From IMG/VR virus record IMGVR_UViG_3300021400_000002, positions 1 through 45,302 of that record: 45,302 nucleotides of DNA. One strand, given 5' to 3'. Below are positions 33,265 through 40,672 of this stretch, one piece after another (position 1 is the stretch's first letter; the number at the start of each line of letters is the position of its first letter). The notes under the pieces are model-generated. The model had not been told where the DNA came from, did not search any database, and saw nothing but the letters and a program-made list of their open reading frames with translations. This stretch comes from a virus. The position numbers and the translations under genes are program-made.

Positions 33265-33815
33265 GTGCCATCATCCTCCGCCTCCTTGATTATCCTCTCA
33301 ATAACATCATTCTGATGCTTACTGAGATAGCTTATTATTGCTTTTTTCTTATCTATCGGGAATGTAAACGTCTTGTTAAAGAAGTCCCTGTCATCATCGT
33401 TCTTGTCATATCCGCCGAAATCCTGTATATCATCAACAGAGAACATATCGGGGATATCGATGTCAAAATCGTCCATGTCTATATCTTCGATTTTGTCTAA
33501 TTCCTCACTGAATAAGTCCCAATCCGTATCACCTTTGGCTATCTCGTTATCAATTAGCCTGTATGCCCTTATTTCATCCTCTGTGAGGTCATCGACTAAC
33601 TCACAAGGCACAGATACCATGCCTAATCTCTGCGCCGCTAAGAGCCTGCCATGTCCACATACAACCACATTGTCAGCATCGATGACAATAGGCTGTCGAA
33701 GTCCGTGTGTCAGCGTAATTGACTTAATTATCTGCTGTATCTGCTTTTCTGTATGTATTTTCGGATTGTTTTCATACGCTATCAGATCAGCTATCGGCTT
33801 TTCGACTATGTTCAT
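33261..33815 (-). CDS. ParB N-terminal (ParB/Srx-fold) domain protein
   Basis: IADLIAYENNPKIHTEKQIQQIIKSI...GLRQPIVID..NVVVCGHGRLLAAQRLG; acidic C-terminal half; 184 aa. Confidence 0.8.
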   Translation of the reverse strand: MNIVEKPIADLIAYENNPKIHTEKQIQQIIKSITLTHGLRQPIVIDADNVVVCGHGRLLAAQRLGMVSVPCELVDDLTEDEIRAYRLIDNEIAKGDTDWDLFSEELDKIEDIDMDDFDIDIPDMFSVDDIQDFGGYDKNDDDRDFFNKTFTFPIDKKKAIISYLSKHQNDVIERIIKEAEDDGT

Positions 33816-33833
33816 GGGCTCACCTCTTTTGGC

Positions 33834-33866
33834 ATAAAAATCACCGCCCCGATTTTTCGGAGCGGT
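33834..33866 (-). terminator. Strong intrinsic terminator immediately upstream of the ParB gene RBS
   Basis: Minus strand reads ACCGCUCCGA-AAAA-UCGGGGCGGU (10 bp including one G-U) followed by GAUUUUUAU. Confidence 0.75.
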
Positions 33867-33914
33867 TAAAGGAGAATTAAATGAAATGGTTAGAAAAAGA
33901 TGGAAGGATAGATA

Positions 33915-33998
33915 GGGAGAACCGAGGATTTGAACCTCTCGCTGCTAGTGCGGATAACAGCTTTGCACAGACCTGATGCTCATGGTCTTACGTTCTCC
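33915..33998 (-). ncRNA. tRNA-like element (canonical acceptor stem and T-arm, non-canonical core)
   Basis: 7-bp acceptor GGAGAAC/GTTCTCC. T-arm GAGG-TTCAAAT-CCTC. Discriminator C, no encoded CCA. 5-bp AGACC/GGTCT stem with a 10-nt loop lacking GG. No 5-bp/7-nt anticodon arm found by eye. Confidence 0.45.
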
Positions 33999-34268
33999 AT
34001 AGCCTCCGGGTACTACAACATAATGAGGATTATGTTCCGGGGGCGTTTACTATGCAAGAAAAAGAAATTTCCTAGCCCCGAAGGGCTGTACAGCTTTTGA
34101 CGAACTGCATTAAACGTCGGATTTTTTAACTATGATATATAGATTTTGGGGTGAGAATATCCGCAAACTCATTGCCGTCTTTGGTATCTGAATCCCTCAA
34201 CGGCAAAATTTCCTTGAAGGAGGTGAATGTGTACTATCTGCACTCTCTTTATCTGTTTTCCCATTATA

Positions 34269-34297
34269 AATATACCATAGGATTTTCGGACATTCAA
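34269..34297 (-). promoter_or_regulatory. Candidate late promoter
   Basis: Minus strand reads TTGAAT (34292-34297), a 17-nt spacer, TATATT (34269-34274), with TATAAT 3 nt further on. Confidence 0.6.
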
Positions 34298-34324
34298 GTA
34301 CTTCCTTTAGACATTCTTAGACAT
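34286..34324 (-). promoter_or_regulatory. Direct repeats ATGTCTAA x2 (10-bp phasing) plus ATGTCCGA at the late promoter
   Basis: Minus-strand copies at 34317-34324 and 34307-34314, with a third copy at 34286-34293 overlapping the -35 and spacer. Confidence 0.5.
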
Positions 34325-34338
34325 CCAATGTAGAAAAA

Positions 34339-34734
34339 TTAAAGATTAGTTTGTTCAATTTGTTTAATATAACGAGCAACATATCTCTGCAAAGCTACTT
34401 CGCTCTCTTCGCCCATTGCGTGTGCCGTGTTTCTCCAGCTTAATCCTTCTTTGCAGTTGAGTTCCAGTGCCTTGCGTACTCGGTATACAGGTATAGCCGC
34501 TATGTAGTCATCTATCTCCGCTATCTTGCGTTCAAGTTCCTTCCTCTGGGCAAGCAGATTGATCGTGCCTATACCGTGAATGTAGCCTTCCACCGATACT
34601 GTCACCTGTTCATGTGCTGGTTCACCGCTGTCACCTAACACAGCATCATGTATCTCCTTGCTTTCAAGTTGTCTATCAACACAGTCCAGCATCTCGGTCA
34701 ATGCTCTATGCTGTCTTAACTCTTCGATTTTCAA
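34339..34734 (-). CDS. Late-gene transcription regulator candidate (sigma region-4-like HTH at the C-terminus)
   Basis: C-terminus IPVYRVRKALELNCKEGLSWRNTAHAMGEESEVALQRYVARYIKQ. TTG 34734 preceded by GGGAGGTGA (the track ORF starts at a GTG at 34752 with no SD). Confidence 0.6.
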   Translation of the reverse strand: MKIEELRQHRALTEMLDCVDRQLESKEIHDAVLGDSGEPAHEQVTVSVEGYIHGIGTINLLAQRKELERKIAEIDDYIAAIPVYRVRKALELNCKEGLSWRNTAHAMGEESEVALQRYVARYIKQIEQTNL

Positions 34735-34871
34735 TTTATCACCTCCCTTCACATCGCGAGAATTGCGCTCTATGACGTTTGTTTTTTAGCTAGGTGTTTA
34801 TACTAGCTTTGCCCTTACGCTTGAATATGGGCTATCTCCATTCGTTCTGTGATGTATTATTATTTGCTTTC

Positions 34872-35105
34872 TTATACATCCCAAGACCGTCCGTATAGAC
34901 CTCTATAGCCATCTGGTTCATTAACCCTGTTCTCACAGCATACTGCCTGTGACTTTTGCTCTTTCAGCGGACACCAGAAAGGACGATAAACCTGTGTTGT
35001 TCTGCCTTCCTTATCTGCTTGGCATCTGCCATTCTCGTGATCTGCGCAAGGGCAATCATAGCAATTTTCAGGTATTTCTTCCATTGTTGATATTATTATA
35101 CTCAT
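34872..35105 (-). CDS. Small Cys-rich protein (77 aa)
   Basis: ATGA overlap with the upstream stop. Product MSIIISTMEEIPENCYDCPCADHENGRCQADKEG...WCPLK. Confidence 0.65.
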   Translation of the reverse strand: MSIIISTMEEIPENCYDCPCADHENGRCQADKEGRTTQVYRPFWCPLKEQKSQAVCCENRVNEPDGYRGLYGRSWDV

Positions 35106-35314
35106 GGTTCTGCCTCCTCGTTCAAGAATTTTTGTATACAATCATCACAATCATGCTCATCCATAATGCATCTTTCACGATTTATTCCTATCTGATACTC
35201 CCCTGTGATACATTCGATGATACAGGCATAGTCACCACTTTGTATACTGATGTTTAGATCCCTCATCTTGTCATATGTATCACGGTTCAAGTCGTACTTC
35301 TCACGGTTTGTCAT
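35102..35314 (-). CDS. Small hypothetical protein (70 aa)
   Basis: ATG 35314 after GAGGAAGGTGA. Product MTNREKYDLNRDTYDKMRDLNISIQSGDYACIIECITGEY... Confidence 0.6.
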   Translation of the reverse strand: MTNREKYDLNRDTYDKMRDLNISIQSGDYACIIECITGEYQIGINRERCIMDEHDCDDCIQKFLNEEAEP

Positions 35315-35684
35315 CGTTGTCACCTTCCTCGCTTTTGACCCATTCTTCAAGGGTTATTTCTTTTACAACTCGATGATTTGTCCAGCCGATAATATTGCGG
35401 ATATACTGACACAGCAATTCACGTATATCTTTTTCAAGATAACCGTATCCCATGTCCAGACGATTGAGAAAGTCATGAGATATTAACCCTTCATCTGTGT
35501 ACCTCTGAGTTACGCCTATATTGTCCGGGCTTATATTAATAGGCAAGATTCTGACTTCAATAACTTTTCCTCCAAAGGCCGAATTATATTCATATTTACG
35601 AATACAATACCTCGTACTTATTCCGTTTACTTCCTTTGGTATCTGTTCTTCACAAATATTTTCAAGTGCTTCTTCAATTGTCAT
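35301..35684 (-). CDS. Hypothetical protein (127 aa)
   Basis: ORF in track; ATGA-coupled to the upstream gene. Confidence 0.65.
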   Translation of the reverse strand: MTIEEALENICEEQIPKEVNGISTRYCIRKYEYNSAFGGKVIEVRILPINISPDNIGVTQRYTDEGLISHDFLNRLDMGYGYLEKDIRELLCQYIRNIIGWTNHRVVKEITLEEWVKSEEGDNDDKP

Positions 35685-35887
35685 TCGCCGTCACCGTCCT
35701 CTCCATACATCGCTCTTATAACTTCAAGAGCTTCCCACATATCATCGTATCCGTGCAGTACCGCCATATGAATAGCCGCGATATCTTTAACTTCGTAAAT
35801 ATGCCCATTAACTATGGCACTGTGTTCGGCTTGCTTAAGCATAGCAAGTATCTCATCAAGTTCTCTGTTAAGTCTTTCATCATTCAT
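35681..35887 (-). CDS. Hypothetical protein (68 aa)
   Basis: ORF in track; ATGA-coupled on both sides. Confidence 0.6.
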   Translation of the reverse strand: MNDERLNRELDEILAMLKQAEHSAIVNGHIYEVKDIAAIHMAVLHGYDDMWEALEVIRAMYGEDGDGE

Positions 35888-36261
35888 TTGTTGTCACCGT
35901 CCTTTTTCTTTTCGACTACTATGTCATTATGTTCGAGCAAATACTCCCCATTGAACTCAAACGCATTTAGAGATACAGATGTGATACTGTTTGATTCTAT
36001 CTGTACTCCGCAGAATGGGCAGCCGCAGTTCGGGCAATAGTTGTCGTTAGCCCAGTTGTGGAAAGTGCAACCACATTCACTACACATATAGTGTTCATTG
36101 ATGTTTTGTCCCGGGTCGCTGTTTTCAATCCACCGCCCATGCTTCACAGGCTGAACGTCTGCGGTCGGCTGTTCATCAATCAATTCTCTTGCTGTTACCT
36201 CATTATCATAAAAGCGCGTTAAGTCTTTTTTAAGTGCATCTGCATCAATATATCTCGGCAT
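35884..36261 (-). CDS. Hypothetical protein with an IDADALK N-terminal motif and a zinc ribbon (125 aa)
   Basis: MPRYIDADALKKDL...CSECGC...CPNCGCPFC; SD GGAGGTAA. Confidence 0.65.
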   Translation of the reverse strand: MPRYIDADALKKDLTRFYDNEVTARELIDEQPTADVQPVKHGRWIENSDPGQNINEHYMCSECGCTFHNWANDNYCPNCGCPFCGVQIESNSITSVSLNAFEFNGEYLLEHNDIVVEKKKDGDNK

Positions 36262-36291
36262 TATTCATTACCTCCGTCATAACTATTCTCC

Positions 36292-36492
36292 TTAGTGTTC
36301 TTTGGTTTCAGGCAATCTATCATCAACGCTTATCCAGCCGTTTACAAGCTCGGCTTCGATGGTAGGCATACTATCAATCGTGTCTGCTATCACACACCCA
36401 TACACCGTGTCTGTTGCATCTGGCTTGCAATCTTGTTCATCACAGTGTTTACAAAACTTCTCTTTCAGCGCATCAGCATCAATTAGTCTCAT
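36292..36492 (-). CDS. Hypothetical protein, paralogous IDADALK N-terminus, ends at a WISVDDRLPE (DUF551-like) motif (66 aa)
   Basis: ATG 36492 (ATGA overlap). Product MRLIDADALKEKFCKHCDEQDC...NGWISVDDRLPETKEH. Confidence 0.55.
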   Translation of the reverse strand: MRLIDADALKEKFCKHCDEQDCKPDATDTVYGCVIADTIDSMPTIEAELVNGWISVDDRLPETKEH

Positions 36493-36830
36493 GAATAATA
36501 CCTCCCGTCTGTACATATTCCGCTTATCTCGCAATATGCTCTATAATCGCTCTCTAACATAAGAACAGTGTCATATCGTTTGTATTTTTTACATAAGTCA
36601 CGACACATCTTCACGGGTTCTTTGCGACATATAGTGTCGTCATATCCGTGATAAGACATATCATCAAGTGTATAAAGTTCCGCATCGTCAAGGACTTCGG
36701 TGTATCCTCCGAAACAACGTTCCTCGTCATCTTTTGTGCGCTTGTATCCCCATAGCGTGCAAGGCTGCCCGAAACGCCACTTGTATTCAGTGTGCTTAAT
36801 ACTAATAGCTACATATTTTCTGTCACTCAT
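36489..36830 (-). CDS. Hypothetical protein (113 aa)
   Basis: ORF in track; ATGA-coupled. Confidence 0.65.
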   Translation of the reverse strand: MSDRKYVAISIKHTEYKWRFGQPCTLWGYKRTKDDEERCFGGYTEVLDDAELYTLDDMSYHGYDDTICRKEPVKMCRDLCKKYKRYDTVLMLESDYRAYCEISGICTDGRYYS

Positions 36831-37525
36831 TGTTTTCCCTCCATCTCATCAACATATTGTCCCCACTGCTCTGCCATAGCTTCTGCGATACCCTCAAAAG
36901 TTTTAGACCTCTGCCGTGCACGGTCTGTTGTGAACATTCCTCTGTGCTTTTCTCCGTGTTTTTTGGAATAACTTCCAGAGGGACACCATGTCGCGACAGG
37001 CTCAACAACATTTGTTGCTTGCAGCGGTGGCAGATTTTTCAGCCATAAACACGTTCTTTTAGTGTAGGGATGCCCAAACATATAAGGCTGAATTATCTGT
37101 GTGTATTTCGGCAAGCAGAATACAGATGAAGGTATAGGATTTTCGACCGCTATTTTATCACAGTTCGCCCAGAGAAAGCGCAAAAAGAAGTGTGATGCTT
37201 CAATCCCTTGCCTTAATCGTTCCTCATTTAGCGTATGAGTGCCGCCTCTATAGAGATGTCTTGCACCTGCATTGCTGATATATGTGCAAGGCGGATGCGC
37301 TATCAGTATATCCCACTTAGGCACAATGTGATACTTTCCGTCCATCGTCTGAAACGATATCCCCCCCGCATTTGAGCCGATGAGTTCTAGTGCATCACCC
37401 TGAATGTGCCACTCGGGATGTCCTCCGCTAGGCTCTTGAATATCACAGCTATACGCTTCATGTCCCCGCTTACGAAAGGCTATACATACTCTTTGACTTT
37501 CCTCACAAGCTACTAAAACTCTCAT
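36827..37525 (-). CDS. Putative DNA methyltransferase-like protein (short C5-MTase-like family with a PPC motif)
   Basis: MRVLVACEESQRVCIAFRKRGHEAYSCDI...ILIAHPPCTYISNAGARH; the family assignment is from memory only. Confidence 0.5.
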   Translation of the reverse strand: MRVLVACEESQRVCIAFRKRGHEAYSCDIQEPSGGHPEWHIQGDALELIGSNAGGISFQTMDGKYHIVPKWDILIAHPPCTYISNAGARHLYRGGTHTLNEERLRQGIEASHFFLRFLWANCDKIAVENPIPSSVFCLPKYTQIIQPYMFGHPYTKRTCLWLKNLPPLQATNVVEPVATWCPSGSYSKKHGEKHRGMFTTDRARQRSKTFEGIAEAMAEQWGQYVDEMEGKQ

Positions 37526-37674
37526 GTGCTATCCTCACCATCTTTCTTGAAATCAGCCGTCATGTCGAAGTATCGGTAAATCCAGGGGTTAAACTTTCTC
37601 CCGCGTTCCGCTTTCTTGTACTCCTGCTTGCGTTTTTTCTCTTGCCGCTTAGGTCGGTTTTTATTCTTGCTCAC
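37522..37674 (-). CDS. Small basic protein (50 aa)
   Basis: GTG 37674 overlaps the upstream TGA (GTGA) and its TGA overlaps the downstream ATG (ATGA). Product SKNKNRPKRQEKKRKQEYKKAERGRKFNPWIYRYFD... Confidence 0.45.
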   Translation of the reverse strand: MSKNKNRPKRQEKKRKQEYKKAERGRKFNPWIYRYFDMTADFKKDGEDST

Positions 37675-38027
37675 TTTTGTACCTCAACCCTCACAGGAAA
37701 CTCCTTGACAACGTCAATTCCGTACTTTTCCTTGACTACATCTATCAGATCGGTCGGGTCAAACTTGTGATGCAATCTTGACGGATTTTCCATAAGTTCG
37801 TCAATGTCGTGTATGTGTTCACAGAACCGTTTCAGCCGCTTCTCGCCGTACCCCTCGCACGTTGCCAACGTATACAAGACCATAGCGTATAACTGCGGTA
37901 TAATCTCGGCAGCGTGTTTCTTGAAGTACTCAGGCTCAAGCCTTTCCATCTCAGCCACAACTTCTCGCTTGATCTGAGGGAAAGTTGTCGGCGGAGTGTG
38001 AGCCTTAACGTGCTTATGTGCTTTCAT
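37671..38027 (-). CDS. Hypothetical protein (118 aa)
   Basis: ORF in track. Confidence 0.65.
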   Translation of the reverse strand: MKAHKHVKAHTPPTTFPQIKREVVAEMERLEPEYFKKHAAEIIPQLYAMVLYTLATCEGYGEKRLKRFCEHIHDIDELMENPSRLHHKFDPTDLIDVVKEKYGIDVVKEFPVRVEVQK

Positions 38028-38045
38028 GATATCACCTCTAAGCCT

Positions 38046-38660
38046 TCAAATTTGTTCTGTATGGCGTTTGTTTTCTTCTAGGGTAACTTTACCGCCCTGC
38101 GTATTAAAATCGATTCTAGGCGGTTCTCCGTTCGTCTGACGGCGTTTTATAGCATCAACGTCCGCTGAACTTGCTTTCCGCCACTTATGCTCACTGTTAT
38201 CCTGCCGGCTTCTCATGTGCGCTGCTTGCTTCACAAGATACTCATAGCACTCAGCGCACAGCTTGCCGCTCTCAATCGGCTTGTAACATCGTGTGCAGTA
38301 TCCCTCGCCTCTCAACTCTATCGGCATCATACCTTGCCGGCGATTGTACTCACGCTGTTCACTGCGTTTAAGTGCTCGGCACACAGCACAATGAGCGTGT
38401 TCGCCGTCCGTCTTGCGCTTTCCGCATCTTGTGCAAATGCCCGATGCCTTAAGTTCCTCTCGGCGCTTTTTGCTATATTCTCTCTGGTATTCTCTCTGGT
38501 ATGCTTTGCGCTCTTCGGATATTGGCTTGTTCCTATGAGCCTCATTGTCTTTCATTCGACACTCCAAGCATCTCTTGTATCCTTTTTGCAGGTCGTTTCT
38601 GCCGCAATGTGGGCAGATGCCGTGTGCAAGATACCATTCTCTGCGTTCTTTGTCGGTCAT
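38046..38660 (-). CDS. Multi-zinc-ribbon protein (204 aa)
   Basis: Three CxxC...CxxC units (CPHCG..CLEC; CTRCG..CAVC; CTRCY..CAEC) separated by basic helices. Confidence 0.7.
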   Translation of the reverse strand: MTDKERREWYLAHGICPHCGRNDLQKGYKRCLECRMKDNEAHRNKPISEERKAYQREYQREYSKKRREELKASGICTRCGKRKTDGEHAHCAVCRALKRSEQREYNRRQGMMPIELRGEGYCTRCYKPIESGKLCAECYEYLVKQAAHMRSRQDNSEHKWRKASSADVDAIKRRQTNGEPPRIDFNTQGGKVTLEENKRHTEQI

Positions 38661-38666
38661 ACTGCC

Positions 38667-39014
38667 TCACGTTTCCTTAAACACAAACTTACCATCTCTG
38701 CAATACTTGTTCTTCAACAGCTTGCGCTTGATGATGTAGTCCTTGGTCTTATGTCCTTTGCTGTCTTCGATTACTGTTACGCCGTTCTGCACATACACGA
38801 AGTCCGCTATGTAGTCTATCTTGCGCTCATTCGGCATATTCTCATACTGCCTTGCCGGAAGAAGTTCAAACTTGACCTGTGTCTGCAAACTGCGTATCTC
38901 TCCTGCCCTCTGCATCAGATGCAGTTCGTTACATCGTATAGCCTCACGCTTGCTGTCGTGTATATGTCCTGATCCGCATTTAGTTTTATTGCTATGATAT
39001 TTGGTCATTTCCAT
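38667..39014 (-). CDS. DUF1064-type protein (putative endonuclease/resolvase-like)
   Basis: KYHSNKTKCGSGHIHDSKREAIRCNELHLMQRAGEIRSLQTQVKFEL...YIADFVYVQNGVTVIEDSKG fits the DUF1064 pattern. Confidence 0.7.
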   Translation of the reverse strand: MEMTKYHSNKTKCGSGHIHDSKREAIRCNELHLMQRAGEIRSLQTQVKFELLPARQYENMPNERKIDYIADFVYVQNGVTVIEDSKGHKTKDYIIKRKLLKNKYCRDGKFVFKET

Positions 39015-39850
39015 GCTCCTTGTATTTTCCTTCGGTCTTCTCCATTGAGTTCTATAGGATAGCCATATTGATATATTCGTGACATGATTCTTTCAAGCTG
39101 TTTGTCTTTGGGATTTACCGTCTCTTCTGTTGTCATATTTGTGGTTATTATCATCGGCTTCTTCGCAAGATATCGGTCGTTAATAACCTGGTACAGTATT
39201 TCGTACATATAGCCGTTCTTGCGCTCGGCTGCCAGATCATCAAGCACAAGAACATCATAGCTTTCGTATTTCTTGTATACTGCCATCTTGTCCTCGCTAC
39301 CGAATACCTCAGCTTCGATGTCAGCTGCATTCGCCATCTTCACAGAGTATCCTTTTGCCAGCATCGCATTTGCGATACACGCCGCATAGAACGTTTTGCC
39401 CGTTCCTGTCCCGCCATAATAGAATATCCATGATATAGGCTTGCCCGACAGTACATTGCGCTCGTAGTTGTTCACCCATCTTCGAGCGAGATTCGATGCT
39501 TCAATGGTCGGGCTGTCGTCATGGTCGAAGGTCATAGATGCCATGCTGGGGCTCTTAAAGCACTCGGCTTTGATTCTCGGCATTTCCGCCTGCCTTTCGA
39601 GCCTTGCAATTTCAGCCTTGATCTGCTTGCGTTCTTCTTCTTTGCATTTGCAGATACACCAAACTTCCATGCCGTGTGGATATACCTTGAGCATAGCAGG
39701 CGATTTGAAGTACTTTATGTTTTTGACGATCTCGCCGCATTTCTTGCATCTATACGCGCCACTTGCGTCCTTATACGTCTTGATGCCATCATTCAGCTTT
39801 TTGGCTTTATCGCTTGATTCCTGAAAAATATTCTTTATTTCATTTTCCAT
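39005..39850 (-). CDS. DnaC/IstB-like AAA+ helicase loader with an N-terminal zinc ribbon
   Basis: Walker A GGTGTGKTF, Walker B VLVLDDLAAER, N-terminal CKKCGE...CICKC. Confidence 0.85.
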   Translation of the reverse strand: MENEIKNIFQESSDKAKKLNDGIKTYKDASGAYRCKKCGEIVKNIKYFKSPAMLKVYPHGMEVWCICKCKEEERKQIKAEIARLERQAEMPRIKAECFKSPSMASMTFDHDDSPTIEASNLARRWVNNYERNVLSGKPISWIFYYGGTGTGKTFYAACIANAMLAKGYSVKMANAADIEAEVFGSEDKMAVYKKYESYDVLVLDDLAAERKNGYMYEILYQVINDRYLAKKPMIITTNMTTEETVNPKDKQLERIMSRIYQYGYPIELNGEDRRKIQGAWK

Positions 39851-39868
39851 AGTTTCACCTTTTTCGGT

Positions 39869-40672
39869 TTAGAATGGCAGGTTATCCCAGTCGATTTCTC
39901 TGTGTTTTGGCTGTTCTTCTTTTTTTTCATCGTCTTTGTCATTGAAATTGCCGTCAAGCACCTTGCAGAAGTTAGTGTCATTCATCAGCCAATCGAAGTT
40001 TGCACTCCAGTTCCGCTTGTTGCTCCCTTTGAGGAATGAACTTCTTTCTGCCTTCTCAAAAACTTCTCTGACTTCATCCATGCTGTGAGTTCTCAGCCTT
40101 GCATTGATAGCTTTACGTCTGTTATCAGATATTGATCGTACTCTCGGATAGCTTTTGCAGATATCATGATAAAGATTTACCACATCAGTGGCTGAGATTT
40201 TCGGCTGTGGGTCAACGCCAGTTGACGAAGAATACGTAGTATTCTCTTCTAACCTATCCTTACCTATCCTATCCTTACCTAACCTATCCTCGGTTGTCAT
40301 TTGGTTGTCAGTTGGTTGACAGATGGTTGTCAGTTGGTTGACAGATGGTTGATTTGTAACAATCTGTACTTTCAAATCTCTGTATATCCCAGCATGATAC
40401 CTGTCTTTTCGTATTGAGTTGTTAGCCTCCCAATCAGTTAAGTAAGCTATCAAGTCTTCGTCATCAAGGATTTGAACATATCCTTTAGCTACAAGCACTC
40501 TGAGATCATCTTCTCTGGCATTTGTTAGCCGCATTACGTTCCATGCTTCAACTACGCCGTCATCATCTGCCGCCATACCCATCTGAAAGTATAGTTCTCT
40601 TGATGATACTGGCATTTTCAGAAATCTGCTACCTTGAACTATTGACTTTGCAAACATTCTTCTCTCTGCCAT
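39869..40672 (-). CDS. Phage replisome organiser (N-terminal rep_org domain)
   Basis: MAERRMFAKSIVQGSRFLKMPVSSRELYFQMGMAADDDGVVEA...; contains DNA iterons in its middle. Confidence 0.8.
   Translation of the reverse strand: MAERRMFAKSIVQGSRFLKMPVSSRELYFQMGMAADDDGVVEAWNVMRLTNAREDDLRVLVAKGYVQILDDEDLIAYLTDWEANNSIRKDRYHAGIYRDLKVQIVTNQPSVNQLTTICQPTDNQMTTEDRLGKDRIGKDRLEENTTYSSSTGVDPQPKISATDVVNLYHDICKSYPRVRSISDNRRKAINARLRTHSMDEVREVFEKAERSSFLKGSNKRNWSANFDWLMNDTNFCKVLDGNFNDKDDEKKEEQPKHREIDWDNLPF
40251..40352. repeat. Probable origin of replication: iterons inside the organiser gene
   Basis: Four tandem 10-mers (A/T)ACCTATCCT-type at 40251-40290, then GGTTGTCAGTTGGTTGACAGAT x2 (40303-40324 and 40325-40346), each holding the inverted pair TGTCA/TGACA, plus partial copies. 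Confidence 0.7.

Noticed and set aside
33881-33976. Plus-strand 31-codon ORF with a good SD (AAAGGAGAAttaaATG), antisense to the tRNA-like element.
   Set aside because: It has no promoter context on the plus strand, is very short and lies opposite a structured RNA. The SD/ATG is likely fortuitous in an A/G-rich stretch.
33915-33998. Calling this a bona fide tRNA gene, possibly an amber suppressor for the TAG-broken gene (a CTA triplet is present).
   Set aside because: Only the acceptor stem and T-arm are canonical. I could not fold a 5-bp/7-nt anticodon arm. The CTA triplet is not preceded by U33 in any 7-nt loop. TAG is also used as a normal stop elsewhere (for example at 499). It is kept only as a tRNA-like element.
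40303-40346. Tandem 22-bp repeats as a possible CRISPR array.
   Set aside because: There are only two directly abutting copies, with no spacers, and they lie inside a coding sequence. This fits replication iterons rather than a CRISPR array.
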